From positions 193,146-257,145 of the forward strand of contig JAGLME010000001.1 in the NCBI GenBank assembly GCA_023140195.1: a DNA stretch of 64,000 nucleotides, read 5' to 3'. A model generated the notes under the pieces. The model saw nothing but the letters and a program-made list of their open reading frames with translations, was not told where the DNA came from and did no database searches. Source of the DNA: Thermoplasmata archaeon (lineage in GTDB: Archaea > Thermoplasmatota > Thermoplasmata > RBG-16-68-12 > SOIM01). A program made the position numbers and the translations under genes. This document shows, piece after piece, positions 26,103 through 35,253 of this stretch. Positions within the stretch are counted from its first letter, which is position 1. The number at the start of each line of letters is the position of its first letter.

Positions 26103-28784
26103 ATGGATTGGAGGTATGAAGTGTCGAAATCCAAGAAATTCATTCTGTGGTTCAAGGAAATAAGAAAGAAGGATGTTCCTCTCGTCGGCGGAAAGGGTGC
26201 CTCTCTAGGAGAGATGATTGCGAATCTCAAAGGAGTTCCAGTCCCAAACGGTTTCTGCGTGACCACTGTTGCATATCGTCAGTTCCTGAAAGAGACTGGA
26301 TTGGACAAGTTCATTCAAGATGTTCTGTCAGACCTGGACACACATGATGTCAAGAACCTGCAGGCCAGGGGCGGGAAGATCCGGAAAGCGCTCCAGGCCG
26401 CTGATATGCCCAAGGAAATCGTATCGGAGACTAAAGAGGCGTACAAGACACTCTGCAAGATCACTGGCGTGAAGAACGTGGACACGGCGATTAGGAGCAG
26501 CGCCACGGCCGAGGACCTCGCGGACGCCTCCTTTGCGGGACAGCAGGAGTCATATCTCAACGTTTCCGGGGGAGATGACGTTGTCAGAGCAGTCCAGAAC
26601 TGCTTCGCGTCCCTGTTCACCGACAGGGCGATATCCTACAGGGAGGACAAGGGCTTCTCCCACTTCGATGTGTACCTGTCTGCCGTGGTGCAGATCATGG
26701 TCCGTTCAGATCTCGCGAGCAGCGGGGTCATATTCAGCCTAGATACCGAGACCGGCTTCCGCAACGTGGTCTTCATCAACGGCGCATACGGGCTGGGAGA
26801 GTACGTCGTTCAGGGCACCGTCAATCCTGATAACTTCTATGTTTTCAAGTCCACCGGCAAGGTAATCGACAAGAAATTGGGTCTCAAGGACAGGAAGCTG
26901 ATCTATGCACCCTCCGGCACCGGTGTCGTGGACAAGGAAGTGGCCGAGAAGGACAGGAACAAGTTCATCATCACAGACGCTGAAGCCGAGAAACTGGCGA
27001 AATGGGCGGTATCAATCGAGAAGCACTACAACGTGCCCATGGACATCGAATGGGCGAAGGACGGGAGGACAGGAAAGCTGTACATCGTTCAAGCCAGGCC
27101 CGAGACGGTTCACGCCATAAAGAAGGGTACCGAGCTCATAAGCTACAAGATTCCGAAGAAAGGGAAGGTGTTGATCAGAGGAGAAGCAATAGGTAGGAAG
27201 GTCGGACAAGGAAGGTCAAACCTGATACACTCCGTCAAGGACATGCACAAGTTCAAACCGGGAGAGGTCCTCGTTACTAGGTCCACAAATCCGGACTGGG
27301 AGCCGATAATGAAGAAGGCGGCTGCCATAGTAACGGACACGGGCGGCAGGACATGCCACGCGGCGATCGTCTCAAGGGAACTTGGCGTTCCATGCATAAT
27401 CGGTACAGAGAGTGGTTCTGAATCAATCCCACACAACAAGGACATCACAATTGACTGTTCGGAAGGCTTGGGTATGGTGTACGAGGGACTTCTGGACTAT
27501 ACGATTGAATCCACTGAGGTCGAGAAGTTGCCCAAGACCAAGACCGCGATCATGATGAACGCCGGGATCCCGGAGACCGCGTTCCAACAGGGTCAGCTGC
27601 CGAACGACGGGGTCGGCCTGGCAAGGGAGGAGTTCATCATCAACTCTCACATCCAGATCCATCCACAGGCGCTGCTGGATTATGACAAACTGAAGAGATT
27701 CGTGAAGAGAGGGTACAAGAAGGACATCGAGAATCTGAGGAAGGGAGACCTGGACAAGGCAGCCCAGAGGGAAGAGAAGGAACATGTGCTGGCCAAGAGG
27801 GAGTACTACCAGGATGCGCTGAGAGAGATCGACGACCTCACCAAGGGCTACAAGGACAAGACCCAGTTCTTCATCGACAAGCTGGCGTACGGGATCGCAA
27901 GGATAGGCGTCGCCTTCCACCCGAACGACGTCATCGTAAGGCTCTCGGATTTCAAGACCAATGAGTATGCCAACCTAATCGGCGGGAAGTACTACGAACC
28001 CCATGAGTCGAACCCAATGATCGGATACCGAGGTGCCAGCAGGTATTACTCAAAGGAGTTCCAGGCGGCCTTCGCACTGGAGTGCAAGGCTCTGGTCATC
28101 GTGCGAGGACGGATGAAGATAAAGAACATCGTGGCGATGGTTCCGTTCTGCAGGACGCCGGAGGAAGGGCGAAGGGTCATCAAGCTCATGGCCAGGAACG
28201 AGCTCAAGCAGGGCAAGGACGGCTTCCGGGTCTACGTCATGTGCGAGATCCCGAGCAACGTGATTCTTGCGGACGAGTTCTCAAAGGTATTCGACGGGTT
28301 CTCCATCGGGAGCAACGATCTCACCCAACTCACGCTGGGTCTGGACAGGGATTCCGAACTGGTATCCCACCTCTTTGATGAAAGGGACGAAGCGGTCAAG
28401 AGAATGCTTGCCAGCGTCATCGAGGCCGCCAGGAAGAACAAGAGGAAGATAGGCATCTGCGGGCAGGCGCCATCGGACTGGCCTTCGATAGCCGCGTTCC
28501 TGGTGGAGAAAGGCATCAACAGCATATCATTGAACCCGGACACCATCGTGAAGACCAGGGCGTTCGTATACGCGACCGAATGGGCCCTGAAGAACCGGAA
28601 GAGCATCTTCCAGCTGACCGAGAACCAGATAAGGGCGATCCCGGAACTCAAGGAACCCATGAAGACCACTGTCGTATCTGTCATGTGGAAAAAAGGAAAG
28701 AGGACCGAGTCCAGGAAGACCTCCCGAACGCCCCTTTCCGAGTTCGTCATAAATATGAGGAAGCAGGAGAAGCTCCCGACCTAG
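26103..28784 (+). CDS. ppsA: phosphoenolpyruvate synthase (pyruvate, water dikinase)
   Basis: VPLVGGKGASLGEM (N-terminal ATP-grasp), the phosphohistidine region TDTGGRTCHAAIVSRELGVPCIIG, and the C-terminal PEP-utilising domain FSIGSNDLTQL are present. A ~70-aa basic C-terminal extension makes it longer than typical (893 aa). Confidence 0.85.
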   Translation: MDWRYEVSKSKKFILWFKEIRKKDVPLVGGKGASLGEMIANLKGVPVPNGFCVTTVAYRQFLKETGLDKFIQDVLSDLDTHDVKNLQARGGKIRKALQAADMPKEIVSETKEAYKTLCKITGVKNVDTAIRSSATAEDLADASFAGQQESYLNVSGGDDVVRAVQNCFASLFTDRAISYREDKGFSHFDVYLSAVVQIMVRSDLASSGVIFSLDTETGFRNVVFINGAYGLGEYVVQGTVNPDNFYVFKSTGKVIDKKLGLKDRKLIYAPSGTGVVDKEVAEKDRNKFIITDAEAEKLAKWAVSIEKHYNVPMDIEWAKDGRTGKLYIVQARPETVHAIKKGTELISYKIPKKGKVLIRGEAIGRKVGQGRSNLIHSVKDMHKFKPGEVLVTRSTNPDWEPIMKKAAAIVTDTGGRTCHAAIVSRELGVPCIIGTESGSESIPHNKDITIDCSEGLGMVYEGLLDYTIESTEVEKLPKTKTAIMMNAGIPETAFQQGQLPNDGVGLAREEFIINSHIQIHPQALLDYDKLKRFVKRGYKKDIENLRKGDLDKAAQREEKEHVLAKREYYQDALREIDDLTKGYKDKTQFFIDKLAYGIARIGVAFHPNDVIVRLSDFKTNEYANLIGGKYYEPHESNPMIGYRGASRYYSKEFQAAFALECKALVIVRGRMKIKNIVAMVPFCRTPEEGRRVIKLMARNELKQGKDGFRVYVMCEIPSNVILADEFSKVFDGFSIGSNDLTQLTLGLDRDSELVSHLFDERDEAVKRMLASVIEAARKNKRKIGICGQAPSDWPSIAAFLVEKGINSISLNPDTIVKTRAFVYATEWALKNRKSIFQLTENQIRAIPELKEPMKTTVVSVMWKKGKRTESRKTSRTPLSEFVINMRKQEKLPT

Positions 28785-28832
28785 GATGGTCAGGGAATAA
28801 CTATAATAGGGACATAGTGTTATTTTTGGTCA

Positions 28833-29594
28833 ATGGACATTGTCCTGGTCTTCCTGATTCTTGTCCTATCCTCATTCGTGCCCCCCCTCATTTTAATGGT
28901 GTGGTTGAGGAACAGCGAGAGGTTCAGCAAGGAGCCCATGTCCCAGGTGTTGAAGGTCTTCGTTTGGGGTGCGATATTCGGTGTCATCATTGCATCCATA
29001 CTAAGCCTTGCAGTTCACTATATACTGGATTCGTTCGTGGACAGGGTCTACCTGTTCGGATGGGACCGGGACTTCTTCATCACTCTGTTGCTGGTGATGA
29101 TCATGGCACCCATCATCGAGGAGGCGGCCAAAGGTGTGGGGGTCTACACAGCCCACGACGAGATCACCGAGGCCGAGGACGGTCTTGTGTACGGAGCATC
29201 GGCCGGCCTGGGATTTGCCGCGACGGAGAACCTGCTCTATGGGATACTGGCCTTCTCTATGGGTGGGCTTGAGGTCTCACTCTTCCTGATAGGGCTTAGG
29301 AGCGTGTCTTCCGCTCTGCTACATGCCAGCGCTTCATCTGTCATGGGCTATGGGATCGGCAGGAGCATCGTCTCGGATGGTCGTTACAAGGTCCTTCCGT
29401 TCTACCTCGTCGCCGTCCTGATGCACGGGACGTTCAACTTCATCGCCTCCTTGCAGAACATGTTCGAGGGGGAGATCCTGGGCTTCAGCTTCGCCTTCAT
29501 CGCGCTGATCATCGCCATTGTCTTCGCTGTCTCCGCCATCACTATCGTGAGACTCAAGATAATGAAGATCGACATGGAACCCGGTCCGGTTTGA
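28833..29594 (+). CDS. PrsW-family intramembrane metalloprotease
   Basis: It is polytopic, with EEAAKG (EExxK), GLGFAATENLLY (FxxxEN) and a downstream HASASS/H motif consistent with the PrsW/YpdC family. Confidence 0.55.
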   Translation: MDIVLVFLILVLSSFVPPLILMVWLRNSERFSKEPMSQVLKVFVWGAIFGVIIASILSLAVHYILDSFVDRVYLFGWDRDFFITLLLVMIMAPIIEEAAKGVGVYTAHDEITEAEDGLVYGASAGLGFAATENLLYGILAFSMGGLEVSLFLIGLRSVSSALLHASASSVMGYGIGRSIVSDGRYKVLPFYLVAVLMHGTFNFIASLQNMFEGEILGFSFAFIALIIAIVFAVSAITIVRLKIMKIDMEPGPV

Positions 29595-29617
29595 CCTCAG
29601 TTGGGTGAGTTGGTTTT

Positions 29618-30040
29618 GTGCCAGTGATACACGTTGCTGAAAAGGACATCGAGGAAATGATCCGCCACTCTCAAAGGGAGAGCCCCAAGGAGGCCTGCGG
29701 AATACTTGCCGGGAAGCTCTATGATGATAAGGTCCGGATCAAGAAGGTGTACGATTGCGAGAATGTGCACCCGAACCCAAACGGAGAGTATTTCTTAAAG
29801 CCAGAGGATCAGCTGAGGATATTCCTGGAGATCGAAGAACAAGAGGACATGGATATGGTCGGCTTCTATCATTCCCACCCTCACGGCCCAGATTCCCCAT
29901 CGCTCATTGACTCATCCAAGTACTACTGGCCGGGGTATCCCATGGCGATTGTATCCCTGTTCCCGGAACCGAGCGTGACCTTCTGGACCTACGAGAAAGA
30001 TCGGTTCCATCCCGTGGACATCGTCAGAGAAAGGTTTTAA
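29618..30040 (+). CDS. JAB1/MPN/Mov34 (JAMM) metalloprotease
   Basis: The upstream Glu (EACG) and the JAMM motif HSHPHGPDSPSLID (HxHx7Sx2D) are both intact. The 140-aa size matches a stand-alone archaeal desampylase-type JAMM. Confidence 0.7.
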   Translation: MPVIHVAEKDIEEMIRHSQRESPKEACGILAGKLYDDKVRIKKVYDCENVHPNPNGEYFLKPEDQLRIFLEIEEQEDMDMVGFYHSHPHGPDSPSLIDSSKYYWPGYPMAIVSLFPEPSVTFWTYEKDRFHPVDIVRERF

Positions 30041-30064
30041 TCGGCTTCGATTGATTGAGAGTCG

Positions 30065-30529
30065 GTGAAGCGAGAGTTCTCTTTTGACGGGGCGGCATAT
30101 TCTGACAATAAGGCAGGGTTCAAGAAGTTGCTGAGGAGCCACGGGCTGAAATGGAAAGGCAGCTTGGGTGATTTCGTCTGGATCGGAGAGGGCGACAAGG
30201 TGATCGCAGAATTCAAAAGGGACGCCGAAAGGGATGTGACCATATCCGCGACGCTCACATGGAGCGGCAAGAAGAAGACGGCTTTCTTGATGGAACTGGA
30301 GAACTGGGCAGAGGAAGTTGGTGCCGAGAAGGCCGATGTGACGGGAAAGAACAAGGACGCAGACAAGAAGATCAAGAAAGATCTTGAGTTCTGGGACGAA
30401 CTGCACAAGCCCGACAAAGAACGGCTGAGAGCGGAAGGACGTCCCGAATCCTGGATAGAGAAGGATATGAAGGAATGGCGCAAGAAGAAACGCCAAAAGA
30501 AGAAAGAACTCCTAGACAGATATGGGTGA
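30065..30529 (+). CDS. hypothetical Lys/Glu-rich protein
   Basis: It has a GTG start and real-looking charged composition, whereas the antisense ORF is Ser/Phe low-complexity. No domain is recognised. Confidence 0.4.
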   Translation: MKREFSFDGAAYSDNKAGFKKLLRSHGLKWKGSLGDFVWIGEGDKVIAEFKRDAERDVTISATLTWSGKKKTAFLMELENWAEEVGAEKADVTGKNKDADKKIKKDLEFWDELHKPDKERLRAEGRPESWIEKDMKEWRKKKRQKKKELLDRYG

Positions 30530-30540
30530 CGGTGAGAGGC

Positions 30541-30891
30541 ATGGAAGAGAAGCAAGGCGACGAGACGGTTGATGAGGACCTTCCAGACATGTTCGGAATG
30601 CCGCCAGAGTTCTACAGGTTCGAGATTATGAACGCACTCATCCTCATCATAGTTGGCCTTGTCCTGTTGGCCCTTACCGCCTTCGACATCATCCCCATTT
30701 TCCTCGGGATCGGTCTGGTCGCGATCCTTGCCGGGGTTTCCATGACCATATCAAGTGTGAACTTCGCTAGGACCCGTTCAACCGGACCTTTGCATGAATC
30801 CGTTGCCAAGAGCTTCAAGTACAGAATGATCTCAGGGGTTATCTGCTATTCCTCGGGTGCGGCGCTATTGGTGGCCTACATCATCCAATGA
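30541..30891 (+). CDS. small membrane protein (3 TM)
   Basis: An ATG lies 5 nt after GGTGA. Hydrophobic helices LILIIVGLVLLALTAF, IFLGIGLVAILAGV and VICYSSGAALLVAYII are present. The listed ORF starts earlier at 30475, overlapping the upstream gene. Confidence 0.4.
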   Translation: MEEKQGDETVDEDLPDMFGMPPEFYRFEIMNALILIIVGLVLLALTAFDIIPIFLGIGLVAILAGVSMTISSVNFARTRSTGPLHESVAKSFKYRMISGVICYSSGAALLVAYIIQ

Positions 30892-31093
30892 GACGTTCCC
30901 AGAAGAAACCCCCAGTGACCTGATAGGGGTCGTAGCAGTCGAAACAGAAGCCGCTCCTCTTGTCGTCCGGGAGGAAAACCATGGTGCATCCGCACTTCCT
31001 GCAACTCCCAGCCGAATCGCTGATGTCCTCGAATCGCCGAATATCTGGACGAAGCCTCAATCGACCCACTCCTCCCCAAAAACTTGGTGACAA
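30881..31093 (-). CDS. possible small zinc-ribbon protein
   Basis: It is a 70-aa ORF with CRKCGC...CFDC (two CxxC pairs ~12 aa apart). It is convergent with the upstream membrane gene, and support is weak. Confidence 0.3.
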   Translation of the reverse strand: MSPSFWGGVGRLRLRPDIRRFEDISDSAGSCRKCGCTMVFLPDDKRSGFCFDCYDPYQVTGGFFWERLIG

Positions 31094-31170
31094 AAGGTAT
31101 CCCTCAGGTCTATAAAAACCTTTTCGGGAGGTTGGATGTTCGTTGCACGTAGAGGAATATTATTAAGCAT

Positions 31171-31800
31171 TTGATGAGTTCTCCAACTACGATGGCAGGC
31201 AGATTCATAACGCTTGATGGGATCGACGGATGCGGCAAATCCTCAGTTGCCGAGAGGCTTTTCAGAACCTTGGAAGAACAAGGCATGGACGTCATTCTCA
31301 CCCGGGAGCCCACGGATTCTTGGATCGGGGAAGCTGTCAAGAGAAGCATTTCTGAAGATCATCCCGCCTTGACCGAAGCATTCCTTTTCATGGCAGACCG
31401 TGCGACCCACTCAGTCGAGATCTCTGAATGGCTCAAAGGCGACAAGATTGTGGTATGCGACCGCTATGCCGATTCCACCATTTCCTATCAGGCCGCCTCT
31501 CTCTCATTGGTTGGGTTTGACGGAGACCCATTCGAATGGTTGAAGGGCGTCAGCGACCTTTATGTTCTCACACCGGACCTGACCATCCTTCTTGACCTTG
31601 ACCCAGGTGTTGCCATGGAACGCATTCAGCTGAGGGAGAAGATCACCAAGTTCGAGAATCAGGATTTCCTGACGAAAGTAAGGGAGAACTTCCTGAGATT
31701 GGCAGAGATGGAAGATCGGATCAAGATCGTTGATGCGTCGCCACCCTTGAGCGCCGTGGCTGAAGAAGTGGAAAGGGTTTTGCGGACCGTACTCGACTAG
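31171..31800 (+). CDS. tmk: thymidylate kinase
   Basis: The P-loop ITLDGIDGCGKSS is present, along with the DRY motif (CDRYADSTISYQ) and a lid region. The ~200-aa size fits. Confidence 0.8.
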   Translation: MMSSPTTMAGRFITLDGIDGCGKSSVAERLFRTLEEQGMDVILTREPTDSWIGEAVKRSISEDHPALTEAFLFMADRATHSVEISEWLKGDKIVVCDRYADSTISYQAASLSLVGFDGDPFEWLKGVSDLYVLTPDLTILLDLDPGVAMERIQLREKITKFENQDFLTKVRENFLRLAEMEDRIKIVDASPPLSAVAEEVERVLRTVLD

Positions 31801-32074
31801 CTTGCTGCGTCCCTTATCGCTCCATTCATGAGTGCCTGGACCAGGAAAGCTCTCGCAAAAAGAATCATCATGTCCCTGTCGCCCTTTTCGACTTCCATCA
31901 GAAAGGCGCGACCTAGGAGCATCTTCATGTGCGGCTCTGGTTCACTCTGGAGCACGATAGACCGATTGGATGGGAAGGTCTTTAACATTGTGCCATGAGA
32001 ATCATGGTTGATTATCTGGCCTGACAAAAGATTCTTAAGACATATCGACTATTCACCCACGATGGGGTGCACGC

Positions 32075-33571
32075 TTGGAGACCACCTTTGACGAAGCTGT
32101 TCCAGAGACCACCAATCATATCTCTCCCGACTGCATCGGAATGATCTACGGAGACATCGGACCCACCAGATTCAAGTGCAGTGTTTTGGCACCTGTGGAG
32201 AAGAGCGAGTTCATTCAGGTCAATCACGACACGTGCGGAATGGTCCTGGGCAGGGTGGATACCATCGAAAGGAAAACAGACTTATCCATAGAGAAAGCAC
32301 ACCTGCTGGCCAAGGGAGAGCACGTGGAGATCGAAGAGATGGTCTCCGCAAGCATAGTGATAGTCGGCTACAGGGACGAGAGGAACCTGCTGCAGGTTCC
32401 GAGAACGCCCTTTAAGGCCGGGGAAGAAGTGGAGAAGGCCAGCGAGAATCTAATCAGGAAGGTTATCGGGCTGAAAGAGGACAGGAAGACCGGCGCCTAC
32501 ATCGGGATGCTCAGGGGGCACGACGTTCAGATTTATCTGGACATCAACGGCTTGATCCAGAAGCACGTCAGTATACTGGCAAAGACCGGCGGCGGAAAGA
32601 GCTACATGGCCGGCGTCGTTCTCGAGGAGCTCCTGAAGCACAACGTCACAACGGTTGTGATAGACCCACACGGTGAATACTCTTCTCTTGCACAGAGGGC
32701 GAAGTCAGTCCAGCTGGGGGAGAAGTTCCATGTTGTCCCGAACAGCTATGAGTCCAAGTTGGCGGTTTTCACCCCCGACACCAAGCTGAATCCCAACGCC
32801 AAATCTCTCAAGTTCACACTCGCCAACCTTCAGCCCAGGGACATACTGGCGCTCACGAAGTCAGGGAGCGTCCGCACCCATCTGACCTCATTGCGAGAGG
32901 CCCTGGACATAATCAGGACATCCCGCAAGGACTACGACGTGGACGACATCCTGAGGGTGCTGGAGGCCCAGGACGACCAGTCCAACTTCTCATTGATGAA
33001 CGAACTGGAATACCTCCGGGAAGTGGACATATTCGCCCGAGAAGGGACGAAGATCGACGAGCTGGTGCACAAGGGAATGACAACGATAATCAATATGAAA
33101 GGAACGCCCCCAGACATCCAGGAGCTCATCATCAATCGGGTTGCGACCGCATTGTTCGAACTCAGGAAGATGGAGAAGATACCCCCGCTCATGATGGTGA
33201 CCGAAGAGGCCCATAATTTCTGTCCCCAACAGGGCAAGGCGGCCACATCGGACATATTCAGGACGATCGCGTCCGAGGGAAGGAAGTTCGGTCTGGGTCT
33301 TATGATAATAACGCAGAGAGCGGCCAAGGTGGACAAGAACGTTCTCAGCCAGTGCAACACGCAGATCATACTCAAGGTCACAAACCCCAACGACCTGAAG
33401 ACGATAATGGCCTCGGTGGAAGGACTGACGGCAGGGATGGCGGATGAGATACAGATGCTCCCAGTGGGCGTCGCTTTGGTGACCGGAGGGAACATAACCA
33501 TGCCTCTGTTGGTTGATGTGAGACCAAGAGAGACTGAACACGGCGGGAAGTCGGTCAAGATCCTGGAATGA
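32075..33571 (+). CDS. HerA/DUF87-family FtsK-like ATPase (HAS-barrel + RecA core)
   Basis: An N-terminal HAS-barrel-like region (IGMIYGDIGPTRFKCSVL...MVLGRV), Walker A AKTGGGKSY, Walker B MVTEEAHNF and LITQRAAKVD are present. No nurA, mre11 or rad50 is nearby. Confidence 0.7.
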   Translation: METTFDEAVPETTNHISPDCIGMIYGDIGPTRFKCSVLAPVEKSEFIQVNHDTCGMVLGRVDTIERKTDLSIEKAHLLAKGEHVEIEEMVSASIVIVGYRDERNLLQVPRTPFKAGEEVEKASENLIRKVIGLKEDRKTGAYIGMLRGHDVQIYLDINGLIQKHVSILAKTGGGKSYMAGVVLEELLKHNVTTVVIDPHGEYSSLAQRAKSVQLGEKFHVVPNSYESKLAVFTPDTKLNPNAKSLKFTLANLQPRDILALTKSGSVRTHLTSLREALDIIRTSRKDYDVDDILRVLEAQDDQSNFSLMNELEYLREVDIFAREGTKIDELVHKGMTTIINMKGTPPDIQELIINRVATALFELRKMEKIPPLMMVTEEAHNFCPQQGKAATSDIFRTIASEGRKFGLGLMIITQRAAKVDKNVLSQCNTQIILKVTNPNDLKTIMASVEGLTAGMADEIQMLPVGVALVTGGNITMPLLVDVRPRETEHGGKSVKILE

Positions 33572-33575
33572 TTTC

Positions 33576-33857
33576 ATGGACACGGCGCTAGTGGAGAAGG
33601 ACCTGGATATCACAAAGAGAGCTCTTGCCAAGGTCAAGATCATCGCTCCAGAGAAGTCGTACACACACAAGATCGCGAAGGATTTTCTCAATATGGCCGA
33701 GTCATACTACAAGGACGCAGTACATTTCTATGAAGATGGCAACCTGGTGAACGCCTTCGCCTGCGTCAACTACGCTCACGGGTGGCTGGACGCAGGTGCT
33801 CGGCTGGGAGTGTTCGATGTGGGTGGTGACGACCAGCTTTTTACACTGATGGAATAG
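33576..33857 (+). CDS. hypothetical small alpha-helical protein co-transcribed with the HerA-like ATPase
   Basis: It starts 4 nt after the HerA-like stop. It is 93 aa with a conserved-looking YAHGWLDAGARLG segment. No family can be assigned from sequence alone. Confidence 0.4.
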   Translation: MDTALVEKDLDITKRALAKVKIIAPEKSYTHKIAKDFLNMAESYYKDAVHFYEDGNLVNAFACVNYAHGWLDAGARLGVFDVGGDDQLFTLME

Positions 33858-33915
33858 TTTATTTCTCACCGTTTGTATAGTAATCGCAAGGGATTGTTGA
33901 GGAGGTATTATTGGC

Positions 33916-34377
33916 TTGAAGGACAGGACACCCACCGCCAGAAAGGTTCCCAAGGGGCAAGTATCTTGGGAGAGGGTCAAGCGCAAGAAGAGCACTCGGG
34001 AGAAATCCTATGAGGCCAAGGTGGGCAGGGAAAGCAAAGGACCGACTGTGCTTACCTTGATGAAGACCTGGAAGTTCATGTTCACCTTCGCTTCCCTTTT
34101 TGCCATTCTGACAGTCCTCGCCCTTATCATCGAACCGCTGCGTTACATCTTCCCGCTTTCAGGGATAGTGATTATGATTGTAGCCTACTTCCTTGGCGGG
34201 GGTCTTTCAGAATGGCATTCTGTTCCCCCGACCACAACAATCGGTGCAAAATCGATGCTTTCATACAGATATGGTGGGAGCTCTTCCAACTGGGACATGA
34301 TAACCATCGGGTTGATAATCGGAGGGATAATCTTCCTTTCTGGTGTACTGTCTATCCTGATAGCCACCCTATACTGA
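33916..34377 (+). CDS. hypothetical membrane protein
   Basis: A TTG start lies 9 nt after GGAGGT. A basic N-terminal tail is followed by 3-4 TM helices. An alternative ATG lies at 34060. Confidence 0.35.
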   Translation: MKDRTPTARKVPKGQVSWERVKRKKSTREKSYEAKVGRESKGPTVLTLMKTWKFMFTFASLFAILTVLALIIEPLRYIFPLSGIVIMIVAYFLGGGLSEWHSVPPTTTIGAKSMLSYRYGGSSSNWDMITIGLIIGGIIFLSGVLSILIATLY

Positions 34378-34380
34378 GGG

Positions 34381-35253
34381 TCAAATGGTCCTCGCACCGC
34401 GGTTGTCCACTTCGCATCTTATTACCTTGCCAAAACGCTTCAAGATGTTCTCGAGTATCTTTGTCTCTCCACTGGCAAAGACCGAGTTCCCCAGCATGGA
34501 CATCCCCGCATAGCCGTATTCTGCGCAGCTTTCGATGGCCTCCAATATCTTCTCCGTCGCCAATCCTGCATCCTTCGCAAAATCCTCGCTGAGTATGAAC
34601 AACCTCTCAAAATCCGGATTTGAGATGAATGAACCCACACGTTCCCTCCCGGAACGGTTGATCCTCTCCACCGCTCTCCTGTCCTGGAGGACCTCTCGTG
34701 TATCCAGGTCTCCTCCCAGAATACACAGGACCACGTCCTGTTCGACCTCAGTCTTCTTCACCATTCCATATGGAGGGGCACCTGGCGATTCCCTGACGAC
34801 CAATCCCCCGGTTGCCTGAGGGTAAACGTCACCGAGCCCCGTAAGGGATTCCACCTCAGCGATATGGGCGATGCGGACAAGGTCCTCGGTTGTTTGATCG
34901 GATTCAGTGGCATCAGCAAGGGCAATGACAGTACTGAGTGCACCTGCGCCGCTCATGCCTAACCCCTGCGAGACAGGTAGTTCGTTCAATGTATCCACCG
35001 TCACCCCCAGCTTCCGACTGCCCAGCCATTTCCTCACCGCCAGTTCGGTCACGGTGTTCTCGACCAATCGGTGCTCGACATAGACAGACACCTCCTGATC
35101 AGCGGAGTCGGAGACCTCCACCGTGGATACGACACCCTTAGAAAGACACAGCCCAACTCCTCGTGACCCCTTCTTCAAAATGTCCGGGTCATCGATTATC
35201 TCAAAAAAGGCGGTGATGTGGCCGGGGCAGAATGCTGTGGACTTAGATGCCAT
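34381..35253 (-). CDS. GHMP-family kinase, probable archaeal pantoate kinase (PoK)
   Basis: The GHMP motifs PGHITAFFE and PVSQGLGMSGAGALS are present. The start overlaps coaBC, and synteny with CoaBC is typical of the archaeal CoA pathway. Archaeal shikimate kinase is the alternative. Confidence 0.5.
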   Translation of the reverse strand: MASKSTAFCPGHITAFFEIIDDPDILKKGSRGVGLCLSKGVVSTVEVSDSADQEVSVYVEHRLVENTVTELAVRKWLGSRKLGVTVDTLNELPVSQGLGMSGAGALSTVIALADATESDQTTEDLVRIAHIAEVESLTGLGDVYPQATGGLVVRESPGAPPYGMVKKTEVEQDVVLCILGGDLDTREVLQDRRAVERINRSGRERVGSFISNPDFERLFILSEDFAKDAGLATEKILEAIESCAEYGYAGMSMLGNSVFASGETKILENILKRFGKVIRCEVDNRGARTI

